64,000 nt of DNA from Eledone cirrhosa. Taxonomy: Eukaryota. A model generated the notes under the pieces. That model was not told the origin of the DNA and did not search any database. It saw only the letters and a list, made by a program, of their open reading frames with translations. Location: assembly GCA_964016885.1 (NCBI GenBank), contig OZ024743.1, positions 74,524,001 through 74,588,000 on the forward strand, read 5' to 3'. A program made the position numbers and the translations under genes. Of the stretch, positions 30,739 through 44,300 are shown one piece after another; position 1 is the first letter of the stretch, and each line of letters begins with the position of its first letter.

Positions 30739-33427
30739 TGTAGTGACCTACATTCCGCGGGCTCACATACATTCTCTGTGCGTGATTTGGCTCAGTTCAG
30801 CCAATCAGCGCCAGTAGAAGAGGATGTATCCCTACGCGCCCTGGGGAAGAAATTCCCCGCGAAGATTTGAAGAATCTCTAGCTTGTACCAGAAACTTCGA
30901 GCCAGCAACACGCATAATGTAACAGTGAGATATTTCACCACTAGCCTCGCCGGCTTAACGGCGCAATGGCACATTCTCTTTTGTAACCTCTTTTTATCTG
31001 TAACTTCAACCATATAAATAAACAAACATTTCATCTCTAATTACTGCGGTTGAAGTCGTTGTTATGTTACTCGTGTCTCAATAACATCTTTAATCCATGC
31101 TGCTGGAATTGGCGACCTGACGAAAGGAATATTGTAAATAGATGGTAAATAGATCGAGGGACCTTCCCTCACGTCTATGTCGACAAGATAATCCAACGAG
31201 GATACTATCACTTACCACACTGGCAACGACCACTGATTCTACCACCCTGCTAAAGTGGCGATAACATCTACAACTAATACTGCTAAAGTGGTGACCGACG
31301 TAAGAATATCACGCAGCCCTTCTTATTCATTCAGTTTAACTTTTATTGCCACGTCGCAACTTGCGAAAATCCAGAATATTCCTTTTAAGATTTTTGAAAA
31401 ATTAGCAGTATTTCAAAAACTTTTTCGCCACGAAAAAATTTCAAGATGGCTACCGACATGTCATGGCTACGCTTGACAACAACAATGACAGCAGCAGCGA
31501 CAGCGTTGTTTAACCACTGACCAATACAGGGAACAGTGAGTGGCAGCTTCATAACCTTACCGACGCCAACCACCACACATCGGAAATTTCAAAACGGCTT
31601 GTAACTTTACCGACGCAACCACCATACCTTCTGTCTCGTTACCACAGGGACGCGAGAAATTGAGACAGTAGTTTTCTCACCATTATGGCGTCAGACGTGA
31701 CTGCCATATTTGGTGACTCCTACTCTACAGAAGATTCTTTGACATTGCTTTAACAATAAGCAACACTACCGTGTGGCGGGACGGTATGATGGCCACGAAA
31801 TCTCACAAAAACACCATACATCTAACCCCTAACGGCATTAACAAACTTCTTTTTCAGTTTTCAGATAGAACTAGTGTCTGTACACTGGTGATGTGTGAAC
31901 TATTTGACTTTGAAAAACTTTGAACTTATTGAGCAATTTCTCTGCTCCCCTAGATTGACTTTGAATTATCAGTTTGTTACATTCACATATTTCTTTGTAG
32001 AATGCATTTACTTGTTTTGTGCTCTTTTGCTATTTGCTTGCTCATGGTTTTTGTTCATTCACATTCTTTGCTGTTTTACATGCCTGCATATGCACACATT
32101 TTTTGTATCACACACCAACATGTTGTTCTTGGTATATGTTCTTCAAACGTAATATTCTGCGAGTCCCTTTTCACCTGGTTGAGATGCTGTCACATGCTAG
32201 CAGCTCACAGAGCTTAATCCTCTGGATTCAAACAGGCACCGCGACACGAGAATACATTGCAGCTGAACTCAAACAGCTTCGCATCTCGTTGCACACTGAT
32301 CGTCCATGACGGCCATCCGTCTTGTTGTTTTTGCCCGACTCGCTGGGAAAGCAACAAATTGAACTGGACTTGTCAATATTTCAGCCACTTCTGTGGATTC
32401 GCCCGAATTATGGAATTTACACTGCAACCCACCTACAGATTAAACTTGCCTTTTGTTCTTTACAAAGCAACCAGCCATTTTTTCCTGGCTCCACAGCACA
32501 TTCGACAATACATCTGGGGGCCATCATTTTCTCGCCAGCACTGGTAAACTACCATAATAGCTTCGTTCACAGCTACTGGTACAACGCTTAGCATTAACAT
32601 TTAATGCAAGAACAGCAACCTCGCCCATGTCAGACTTTATCCGTTTTTTGTTAGACCTTTGGCGGTCACGTATAAACAACAAAACAACTGGCCATTTGAC
32701 ACAGCGGCTCAACACGGCCCGTAGCGCCTCATTTTTTGTTCTTGCATGCAACCTTCTGCTCAATTATTTTTTCACTGATGTGCTCTTTCAGCATTTGTTC
32801 TTGCTGATTTAATAATATGTGGATCCTTGGTTTCTTCGTTATCGATTTTCGGCTGAAAATCTGGTTGGAGGTGATGTAGTGACCTACATTCCGCGGGCTC
32901 ACATACATTCTCTGTGCGTGATTTGGCTCAGTTCAGCCAATCAGCGCCAGTAGAAGAGGATGTATCCCTACGCGCCCTGAGGAAGAAATTCCCCGCGAAG
33001 ATTTGAAGAATCTCTAGCTTGTACCAGAAACTTCGAGCCAGCAACACGCATAATGTAACAGTGAGATATTGCACCACTAGCCTCGCCGGCTTAACGGCGC
33101 AATGGCACATTCTCTTTTGTAACCTCTTTTTATCTGTAACTTCAACCATATAAATAAACAAACATTTCATCTCTAATTACTGCGGTTGAAGTCGTTGTTA
33201 TGTTACTCGTGTCTCAATAACATCTTTAATCCATGCTGCTGGAATTGGCGACCTGACGAAAGGAATATTGTAAATAGATGGTAAATAGATCGAGGGACCT
33301 TCCCTCACGTCTATGTCGACAAGGTAATCCAACGAGGATACTATCACTTACCACACTGGCAACTAACGACCACTGATTCTACCACCCTGCTAAAGTGGCG
33401 ATAACATCTACAACTAATACTGCTAAA
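30739..33427 (+). mobile_element. Complete non-autonomous LTR retrotransposon (Gypsy-like signals)
   Basis: LTRs 30739-31287 and 32875-33427 are nearly identical and start TGTAG; 4-bp TSD gata; PBS tggtgaccgacgt at 31289 (tRNA-Trp-like); purine-rich ggttggaggtga before the 3' LTR; no long internal ORF. Confidence 0.88.
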
Positions 33428-33440
33428 GATATATATATAC

Positions 33441-33556
<116 letters not shown>

Positions 33557-33614
33557 GTATATATATGTATATATAATATATAAGATCAAAAGGTGGTTAA
33601 AGGAGTTCCATGTA

Positions 33615-33681
33615 TTTTATTATGCGCATTTCAAAAACAAACATCATCATGCAATAATATTTGTGTTTTCATCAGATAAAA
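33615..33681 (-). ncRNA. Type I hammerhead ribozyme in the PLE 3' pseudo-LTR (sense to the ORF)
   Basis: Same fold as 15947. Confidence 0.85.
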
Positions 33682-34859
33682 CAGGAGAACATGATATGAA
33701 GGCTAAAAAACACTTGTGGATAGTGCAGTTTTAAATCAACATATGAAAAGTGGTTTTAGATTGATGTGTGATATTGGGAAAAATATTTTATTTAGAGAGG
33801 GGGGGGAAAGGATGAAAAAGGGGAGGAGATGAGAGTGAAGGTGGAGAGGGAGAGATGGGTGATAGAGAGAAAGAGATAGTTTTTATAACTGAGAGAAGAT
33901 ATATTGTTTTACATAGAGGTTGAAAACCGTTGGAAGATAATGTATAAATTAAAAGAATTTGAAAATTAACGAAGGGAAAAATATGTACGAGGAAAAAATA
34001 TTTTATTTAGGGAAGGGGGGTGGAAAGGATGAAAAAAGGGGAGGAGATGGGAGTGAAGGTGGAGAGGGAGAGATGGGTGATAGAGAGAAAGAGATAGTTT
34101 TTATAACTGAGAAAAGATATATTGTTTTACATAGAGAGGTTGAGAACCGTTGGAAGATAATGTATAAATTAAAAGAATTTGAAAATTAACGAAGGGAAAA
34201 GAGGGAATTGATATGTATGAAGATAGAGAGAAAAAATAATAATTGCGGATGAATTTTCTAACGTCAAAAAGGTGTATGTTTATAAGTATTGTGGCAATTT
34301 CAAAATTAACGAAGAGAAAAAATTATTAAGGTTTGTGTGTAGAAGGATTTGAGAAAAATAATGTGAAGTTAAAGTTTGTATATTGAAGGAATTGATAATA
34401 TGTGCGAAGAAAGAGTTAATATGTATTAAAAAATTATTAAGGTTTGTGTATTAGATGATTTGAGAAAAATAATGTGAAGTTAAGGTTTGTATATTGAAGG
34501 AATTGATAATATGTGCGAAGAAAGAGTTAATATGTATTAAGAATGAGTTCGTTGATGGGGAGAAAAAAAATATATATATATATATATATAATAAATTAAG
34601 GATGAAATTGAGATTAAAAAGTTTTATGATAGAGAGAAAAAATAATAATAATTGCGGATGAATATTCTAACGTCAAAAAAACAAATGTATATGTTATGAA
34701 GGATTTTACAAGGTGAAGATAGAATGAGGGTAATGAGTAAACAAGTATTATAGAGTGTATAATGCCCTTTGAAGTAAGGTAGGAAGATGGGTATATTTTT
34801 TAGAGGTGTATGTATATGTGCCTTTGAGAAAAGATTCTAAATTGATAAAGAATTGAATA

Positions 34860-36056
34860 TTAGCTGTATACTTTGTGAAAAGTCCTATGGAATTTATGCA
34901 GGCAGATAGAAAACAAATCTGTACGTCTATTTATTATAGAATCTAGATTAGAGATAATGGTAAATTTTTCATTTAGGCAGAGATTACAGATTTTAGATAG
35001 AGAGCTGTTCAAGTATGAGGACGCAGAAGAAACCTTCTTCCAAAAGATGGTATATTTAATGTTTTTGTCTTTCAAGGACCATATGAGTTCTGAGAGAGCC
35101 GTGTTGGTTCTTTTAAGTTTGTATTTAAAAGATGAATGATGATTATAGAGACGAGCTTTAAAAGAGGTGGAAGTGGAGCCAAAATAGGTGAAGGAATTGG
35201 TGCTAGTTATAACTTTACATTCATAAATTAAGTTTTTATCAAGACAATGGTTGTTGAGAGGACATTTATTTTTAATGCGGCAGTTGCAATTAGAGAGATT
35301 ATTAATGAGTGACCTAGTGTTATCTATAGAAGGAATTGGATTGGAGAAGTTGTTTGCGATAGGAATAATAGGAATAATAGTTTCTTGATTTAGAGTTGGA
35401 TTATGAACATTTAGCGAAGTTGTGTTTGACGTTGTATTTGGGTTTACAGAAGTTAGCCTAGGGTTTACAATGACGTCGGGAGTACTATTACTGTTATTAT
35501 GAAATTCAATGTTGGAAGGAAGAGATTTAGTATTTAGTATTTTATTGTTGTGTTTAGAGATGATGTTGGAAATATTGGAGGATGTAGAATAAGAAAATTT
35601 GATGGTGTGTTTGTTAAATATTTTACTATAGATATGTGAGGGAGGGAAGCATTTATTTAAGGCACTAAAAAATAATTTAGGAATATTGTTATTAATAGAG
35701 ATGGGGAAAGGAGCATTATACCAGATTATGTTTATGTATCTAGGTCTTTTATTAAAGTTATTGGAATGATCATGATTAATTATTCTACTGTAAGTTTTTC
35801 TAGAATTTGTTTCTTTATTATATTTGATTTTATCTGGATAACCGGCTTTAGAAAGTGCATTATTATAGTAATTGGCGTTAGCATCAAAGATGTTTTTATT
35901 AGAAGATATGTTAGATATTCTTTTTCCAATATTACTAACTATAGCATTCTTGATATTGGTAGGATGGTTAGATTTAAAGTTAACATAATTTAGGTTCTCA
36001 TTGTTTTTATGGTAAGGGTAATATAGGCCAGTGTCAAGATTAAGAGATACATCCAA
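34860..36056 (-). CDS. PLE polyprotein C-terminal half (RT thumb, Asn-rich linker, CxC zinc finger, GIY-YIG); uninterrupted
   Basis: FLDVSLNL, SNHP, NIIWYNAP, IFNKHTIKFSYS, CNCR..KCPL..HCL, LIYECKV..YFGST..FKAR..NH..SF, CNLCLNEK, INRRTD..C.H. Confidence 0.85.
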   Translation of the reverse strand: MDVSLNLDTGLYYPYHKNNENLNYVNFKSNHPTNIKNAIVSNIGKRISNISSNKNIFDANANYYNNALSKAGYPDKIKYNKETNSRKTYSRIINHDHSNNFNKRPRYINIIWYNAPFPISINNNIPKLFFSALNKCFPPSHIYSKIFNKHTIKFSYSTSSNISNIISKHNNKILNTKSLPSNIEFHNNSNSTPDVIVNPRLTSVNPNTTSNTTSLNVHNPTLNQETIIPIIPIANNFSNPIPSIDNTRSLINNLSNCNCRIKNKCPLNNHCLDKNLIYECKVITSTNSFTYFGSTSTSFKARLYNHHSSFKYKLKRTNTALSELIWSLKDKNIKYTIFWKKVSSASSYLNSSLSKICNLCLNEKFTIISNLDSIINRRTDLFSICLHKFHRTFHKVYS

Positions 36057-36508
36057 GAAATTAGCTAGTTTGATACTATTATCAAATTCAATTTTTAGGT
36101 TATGTTGGTTAAAGAGATTACGTATATTGTTCTTAATAATATTAAGGTTAACTATATTTCATCCTTTCCACCCCGCCTCCCTAAATAAAATATTTTTTCC
36201 TCGTACATATTTTTCCCTTCGTTAATTTTCAAATTCTTTTAATTTATACATTATCTTCCAACGGTTTTCAACCTCTCTATGTAAAACAATATATCTTCTC
36301 TCAGTTATAAAAACTATCTCTTTCTCTCTATCACCCATCTCTCCCTCTCCACCTTCACTCTCATCTCCTCCCCTTTTTCACCCGCCCCCCCTCTCTAAAT
36401 AAAATATTTTTCCCAATATCACACATCAATCTAAAACCACTTTTCATATGTTGATTTAAAACTGCACTATCCACAAGTGTTTTTTAGTCTTCATATCATG
36501 TTCTCCTG

Positions 36509-36575
36509 TTTTATCTGATGAAAACACAAATATTATTGCATGATGATGTTTGTTTTTGAAATGCGCATAATAAAA
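36509..36575 (+). ncRNA. Type I hammerhead ribozyme in the inverted pseudo-LTR
   Basis: ttttat-ctgatga-...-gaaa-tgcgca-ta-ataaaa. Confidence 0.85.
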
Positions 36576-36738
36576 TACATGGAACTCCTTTAACCATCTT
36601 TTGATCTTATATATTATGTATACTCCAGTCCTACAAACTGTAGAGTGCTTCTTATCCGATATCTGCATTGCTTTATTGTACTACAATAAAACTCACCTCC
36701 TACATATATGTATATATATATATATATGTATATATATG

Positions 36739-36968
<230 letters not shown>

Positions 36969-37190
36969 CTGTTGGTGTAAATGGTAGCACAGTGGTCCGG
37001 ATAACCAAAGATGTAGGTTCGATTGACTCCCATGTATGTGAATACTCATCTTTTTCCATTTCTCCGAGGGTTCTTAACCCCACTATCAGGCTAAATAATT
37101 TCTTTAATTTCTTTAGTCAAAATACGGCGATAACTTACATTTCTAATATATATATATGTATATATATAAGTATATATATATATATATATA

Positions 37191-37918
37191 AATAGACCGA
37201 GAAACAGGAATGTCCATCATCAGTAGTCTGTTTTTTATCGTTGGTATTTCTTCGCATTAAAGACTAGATACTTAAAATCAGTGCGAGCGATAACTAAATT
37301 AAGTTATCGGGACAGTGGAAAGTAAACAAACAACATGGTTGTAATGCAACGTAAAGAGAGGAAAAGAGAGACAAGTCAATGAATCTTGTGGGCTTAAGTC
37401 CGACAAATCAAATGACGAGAATAAACAGACACGTCCGAGCCACGAGAAAAGTGAGAGAGGAAAGAATTTCACGCAGGTCAGACGGGAGGAAATGAGAGAG
37501 GAGGAGTAGCAGAGAGTGAGTGAGTGAAAGTGTGAGGAAGGGGCCAGCCGAGAGTGTGTGACCAGCAGCGGGGGTGGAGGAAAGCAAGAGGTGAAGGAGA
37601 AAGAAAGGGGAGAGAGAAAGTGGATAGCAGTAAGGTGACTGAAAAAATACGAACCACAGCGAAGGGAAAAATATATGTGAATGAAAAATGGCGTGCTGCA
37701 TTGTTGCGAATATGAACATATGAATAAAAATAGACCGAGAAACAGGAATGTCCATCATCAGTAGCCTGCTGATTATCATTGGTATTTCTTCGCATTAAAG
37801 ACTAGATACCTAAAATCAGTGCGAGCGATAACTAAATTAAGTTATCGGGACAGTGGAAAGGAAACAAACAACATGGTAGTTATGCAACGTAAAGAGAGAA
37901 AAAGAGAGACAAGTCAAT
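37191..37918. repeat. Direct repeats of about 190 bp (37191-37381, 37729-37918) bounded by (TA)n
   Basis: aatagaccgagaaacaggaatg...gacaagtcaatg occurs twice. Confidence 0.8.
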
Positions 37919-37954
37919 GTATATATATATATATATAGTAAATCTGTTATTTTA

Positions 37955-38057
<103 letters not shown>

Positions 38058-38100
38058 CGATATTAACAAATGGAAACTATATTTATAAAACCATATTTAT

Positions 38101-38160
38101 TTCATTATACATATTTCAAGGACACCAAGTTAAATTATGGTGTGCTTTCATCAGATAAAA
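38101..38160 (-). ncRNA. Type I hammerhead ribozyme (26464 family)
   Basis: at-ctgatga-aag-acacca/tggtgt-ctt-gaaa-tatgta-ta-at. Confidence 0.7.
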
Positions 38161-39842
38161 TATAATATAGAGCAGTTTTATAAATAAATAGTGACATACC
38201 CTTAAAGAATGCAACCATTACTATTCGAAGCTCCCGGATAGTGGAGTTATAACTTTAATTATATTATTAGGTAAGTTAGTATTGGATATTTTTAAATAAG
38301 CCGCTGGGTTACGGAGAAAGAGAAAGAGCAGAACAACAGAGAGAAAAAGATAGAGAGAGAGGAGACAGAGAAAGGAGAGAGAACGAAAACTCTAAGTCAT
38401 ATCTTGTTGACTTATCTTAACATTTGAGATGAAATGAATAAATAAAATTAGAAATATTAATAATCATGAATGGAATATACATATATAATATGAGAAATTT
38501 AACCATTGTTTAAATATGATTAGATGTTTAGTTAATCAGTTAAATATTGAGATCATTACATTAAAAATTGGGATCTATATATTAAGAAATCTATATATTA
38601 TTATTAAGATTATATTGTTAAAGATCTATATATTATATAACACGTATACACACGCAGAAATACATACATATAAATATATATACATATCTAACTACGTATA
38701 TAATATATACATACAAAATATAAAGGATTCTTTAATTTAAGATATAGGTGTCTTATAAAATCAGAGAAAGTTATTTCAATGTAATATCAAAGCAGCGTGA
38801 AGGAAAATTACGTTATTTAGTTATATCAATGTTACAATTAAGATATTAAATGACATTTTATGTTATACACACTTTATGTTATTAAACACATTTTTTTATA
38901 TAAGTTTTATAAGATTACCTGTTATGTATTTATGACTGTTATTATATGTCTATTTGTCACGAATCTTGAGATAATCCCTATAAATAAGTGCAATCGAATT
39001 GTATGGATATACACGTACATATACATACACAATTCCCACATATACATACATATATGTACCCACACAAATAGGTAGATACGCATCACGTATATACATACAG
39101 ATAGACATACATGCATAAAACATATGTACATGTATATCAATACACACATACACATATATATACACGCCTATAGAGAGAGAAGTATATATAAATACAGTAC
39201 ATAGTATAATTGAAGTATATAAAATACAAAAGAATTATATTACGATTTGGAAATATAATTATAAGCAATATAACTTTAAAAACAATATAAATTTTAAAAT
39301 ATTATAGAATATTTCAAGTTATAATTTCAAAATAATAATATGTTTAATAGATTTAGTATAGAAATGTTCTACTCTTGTAACTGCTGGACTTTGAAAATAG
39401 GTGAGAATATATAGTTTTCTCGTCTGTGTAAATGAAGTGATCAATCTCATTTGCATATGGAACTGTATACATTGGCTCAGCTTTTAATAGAATAGAATGT
39501 CCCCCTTGCTGCTGCTGGACACCGCCAGGTGGCGATAAACACCGGTGTTTTTTGCATAGCTACGGCTTTCTAAATGTTTATTTATAAACATACCGTATTT
39601 CTATAGAAATACGAAATTTCAATACATATCTGTATACAGCTATGCTCGAAGCTATATATATAGATATAGATATATATATATGAAAACTTCGAAATCCCGA
39701 CGACTGAGCTCCGGCCATTTCAGAAGCTAGAACCAAACTCGGAAGTCGGGTCCCAATTTTTTCATATTACCCATTCTACTACCCCAAGTATCGAGTACTC
39801 TGGTGAGTAAGGGTCTAACTGGTTTTTACCCAGTCCATTCTG

Positions 39843-39882
<40 letters not shown>

Positions 39883-40035
39883 TATGTTCATACACGGAAC
39901 AAAAGCGGTATCTAAAGTTTCAAAACCCAATATTCACCATATCTCCAGAATGTAAGAGGGATCGAAATTGAGACATATTTTCAGGTGCCTATACGAGTTT
40001 ATCTTTATTCGTGTTCATGCACGGAACAAAAGCGC

Positions 40036-40104
<69 letters not shown>

Positions 40105-41392
40105 AAGGTGAAAACGAAGTTTGAGAGTGCATGAGAAAAACCTAAAACCACAACAATATAAAAATTACTTCTACGGGACTAGAACTGTTTCATTCATATG
40201 AAATTAAACTTTTTGTATTAAAAGTCATAAGAATGAGTACTCAGTACGTTAGTAGATATAATTATTTTTGTTATGTTTTGTTTTGTTATGTTTGTTACTC
40301 TGGGCTTTCTCTGGTGCCCGCAGGAACAAATACCAAAGCAACTTGCATCTTCTTTCTATTCCCTTCTTATGGGTAATAACACAAATCTTCATCTAATGAA
40401 ACGACATCAATTTCCCTTGAAATAATCTATTGAATTGGAAGACAATTTTCTTATGGTCTTCCTGTTGAAATTTAAATGCAGAGATTATCGATTTGCTTAG
40501 CTTCGATTTTATATTTCTTTACTAATTTTCAATAATATACTTACAGGTCTTAGTCTGATGAAGCTAACCAAAAAGAATAGCTGTTATAAAGTAACAAATA
40601 GATCATGTATTATAAAATATATATTATTACATAATAACCTTTTGGGAATCTTGACACAAAATATTGTAACTCAATTGGAATACATAATGCTTGCAATTTT
40701 GTTGCAGAACCATATTCAATACCATATAAGTGCAGCTGTTTTTGTTATTGTTGTTTGGATAGAGTAAAAACTTAAATGATCGACACTTTTATATCAAACT
40801 TCTGTGTAATTATATTATTTATATGAAGCAATATTACATTATATTCTTAATTTGTTAATGAACCATTCAGGAAGACATAACTACCCTTTGTTAAAATTCC
40901 ATATTATTTCTCTAATCATTTAATATTTTATTTCATTATCTGTTTTATATTAGTTAACTTGTATAGAATATTTATTGAATTTCAAATTCGATTTGTTACG
41001 CTATATTTTATGTAAGGAGAGAAAGGGAAACCTATCCCACGTTGTAACATGTCATTCACCCGACTATGTGAATAAACGGCTTCTGCTGAAATAATTCATG
41101 GTTTTCAAGCAACTTTTCTACACTCTCATTATCTATTAATTGTTGTGCATTATATAATTATCTCTCACAGAGACATCTTTGTTCTTAGTATTATACAGAT
41201 CAAGTGATGTAATTTTATATCTCTATATAAAGAAGTATATCTAGGAATATGGTCATTTCAAAATAAATAAAATGGATTCTGCGTATTATAAGACTATAAC
41301 TTATTACATTACATATCACATTCATTTTCTTCCTCGTTACTCTTTGTTAAACTCCAATACTTATATTATCTTTTACGGCGTTTCTTCTGTTC

Positions 41393-44300
41393 AATAATAA
41401 TAATAATAATAATGGTTTCTTTATTGGCCACAAGGGCTAACATGAAGAAAAACATTACAGACGGCACAGAACAGTACAGGGCGATACAAAGTGGGTTTTG
41501 GTCGTGTAAATAGGTTATAACAAGATAGAAATCGGGATAGAAATTTAAAAAAAATTCAAACAACAAAAATTCCCCAATAAGGGGGAAACCTCCGAGGGTC
41601 ACTCGTGGTGAAAACCACACAAAAGACCACGGCCACCCTGACCACCAGGGCAAGCGCCCTCTCTCACTTTTCCCACTCCTCAGTCTACAGGCGCATACTC
41701 AGAGCGAGTTTGTTCACTCGGACCAGACTCGCCACTTTCACCCACCTTTCAACAAACTTACTAGAAGACAACACTTGCCTCTCCACCCAGATTTTCCTCT
41801 TCAAGTGAAACTTGAAAAAGTTAATCAGGGATTGGCCGGAGAGGAAAGTGTCCGTCTTCAACCCTTTCAACCTTGTCCACTACACAATCTCTTTCGCCAT
41901 GGTCACCTGGCAGATGAAAACTGCCTGCCCTTCCTCCTCTTTAAAGGAGGATGGCGGGGCTATCTGCACAATGGACTCAGTCGATAACCGGATCCGTCCT
42001 ACACGCGACAGCAGCTGTTCGACATAGCTCCACAAGTCAGCAATCCTCGGGCACTGAACGTGTGCGTGCAGGACGGTTTCGTCGCCCTGCGCACATCTCC
42101 GACAGGCTCGGCTGACAGCACCTCCGTGCCTGTAGAGTTTATCCCGAACCGGCAACGCTCCCCGCAAGCACTGCCAGGCCAGGGATTTATGGAAGTTGTC
42201 CATAGGCCCCGGTCGTCGCTCTTTCCCTCCACTAACCCGCTATAGAACGCCGAGGTGGATGTTCCACCGATACTAGTGCCCAGCTGGTAGAGGGCGGTGA
42301 GCGCTTGGAAACATTCCAACTTCCAAGCGCTATCCCTCGTTCTTTTCCTGATGCGACCACACTTGTTCACCGTCAAAGAAGCACCAGAGATATCGCAGCC
42401 TCAGCACATGTTTTCGCATCATCAGCCAAGGCATGCCTAGTCCTCCACGCAACGGGTGTTGACAGCAAATGGATCGTCTGACCATGGGAGCACGTCCCTT
42501 CCACAAAAAACGGAAGAGAAGGCACTCCATTTTGGTCAGAGTTGGGCGGGGGCAAGGTACGACGGTCAGGCGGCAGCAGATGACGGACGCTATGTACGCA
42601 TTCGCCACCTCCGCCCGACTTTTCAGAGGCAGCATCCTCTCGGCCCATTTCTGGGTGAGAGCGGCCACCCTGCTCGTCACCTCGCTCCAGTTTTTCTCTA
42701 TCTTGAGGTCCGGACCGAACCAGACCCAGAGCAATTTAACCGGTCCTTCCGTCCAGCGCCCCACCACGCTGTCGGATGGCATGGACTTGCCTCTCCAGGT
42801 GTCGAGTTGCAAGCCCACCGACTTTTCCTGGTTTATCTTTGCTCCTGTCACCGCTTCGTGTTCTTTGAGAGCGGTGCCGAGAATCTGGACGTGTTTGGTG
42901 CTCGACACTACCACGGTGACGTGGTCGGCGTAAGCTGACACGTATCTCCCGCATCCCAGTTCGCCCGGGATCCCCCTCATCGTCTCCAATTTGTGCAGTA
43001 ACGGCTCGAGGGCCAGTACGTACAAGAGGGACGAGAGGGGGCAATCCTGGTAGACCGAGCGCATGATGCTGAAAGGCTGCGACAGGTGACCATTCACCCT
43101 CACAATCGAGCAGATGTCGCTGTGCATTGCAGCGATCCAGCCCCTAAAAATGGACCTGAAGCGGGCCGCCTCGAGGACTGCAGCCAGGTAACGATGGTCG
43201 ACCCTATCAAATGTTTTAGATTGATCCAAGTTGAACAGGGCCTCACCCGTGCCAGGTTCCTTAACCACACTCTCTATGATGTATCGCATGTCAAAGAGGT
43301 TGTCGTGGAAGGACCTGTCCGGAATGGCGCATATCTGCGCTTCTCCCACCAGATCACCGACGGCAAGCGCCAATCTCTTTGCTAACACCTTGGCCAAAAT
43401 CTTAAACTCTGCGTTTAGCAGAGTTATGGGGCTGAAGTATCTGTAACGTCCCCCTTATTCGGGTCTTTTCACAGCAGTCCCACCGCTCCGCGGCTCACAG
43501 AACTGGGAATGCTCCTGATCTGCTGCCAGTTCCAGTAAACATCTGCCAAGTGGTCGCCGAACAAGTCTGGCATATATGCATAAAGCTCGTACGGCAGACC
43601 ATCCAAACCTGGCGATTTACCCCTCGTGCAGTCAGACATCGCTTCCCGTATTTCACCTGCTGTTATCGACTTTTCGCAGCACTGCGCTACGGTCAACGAG
43701 AGCCGCGGCAGTTCATCGAGGTATGCACTGAAGTCCATACTCAGATCCGGCCCGCCGCCGCTCCCGAACAATTGAGCAAAGTGCTGTTGAAAAGCCGCAC
43801 ACATCTGCTCGGGTTCGAGCAACATGCGCCAGTGAGGCAAAGACCGAATTGTGGACTTGTTGCCACGTCGCGCCTCTACCACCCGGGCCCATTGAACGGC
43901 TATCGTCCCCTCGTGTCTTAGAGCACGCGCTCTAGCTCTGACAACGCAGCCTTCATGCGTTGCGTTGAAGAATTGGTCGAGTGCCAATCTCGCCGCAAGC
44001 ACGTCGGTTCCGATGCCTGTCCTAAACGCCTCTTCTAGCTTTCTAACTAACTCTCCCTCTACTCTATTTTCTTCTATCACTACTCCTTTGCTTAACCTTA
44101 TCGATTCTACTCTAATAGCCCTTTTCAGGATAAACCACCACCTGTTGTTGACGATCGCACCCGTCAACGCCCGCTTAACTAATTCGCTAATCCGGTCTCT
44201 GTAAGCTTTGCGCGCCGGGAACGACGCGTTCAGCTTCCAGTAGCCGGGCTCTTGCCTATGGAGTCTATCTAAGTCAACTTCACAGATCACAAATTTGTGG

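Larger units (their letters stand above)
33575..36703 (-). mobile_element. 5'-truncated Naiad-type PLE with inverted pseudo-LTR, inserted in (TA)n
   Basis: ORF 34860-36140 on minus; 3'UTR to 33575; 36157-36615 is an inverted copy of 33575-34035. Confidence 0.9.

Noticed and set aside
34860-35300. Selenocysteine-containing Naiad protein
   Set aside because: Some Naiads use UGA at Cys positions, but the conserved Cys codons I checked here and at 13296 are ordinary Cys; no SECIS was recognised
40250-41350. Host exon or transposase
   Set aside because: No sustained ORF or recognisable motif by eye; a tblastn search would be needed
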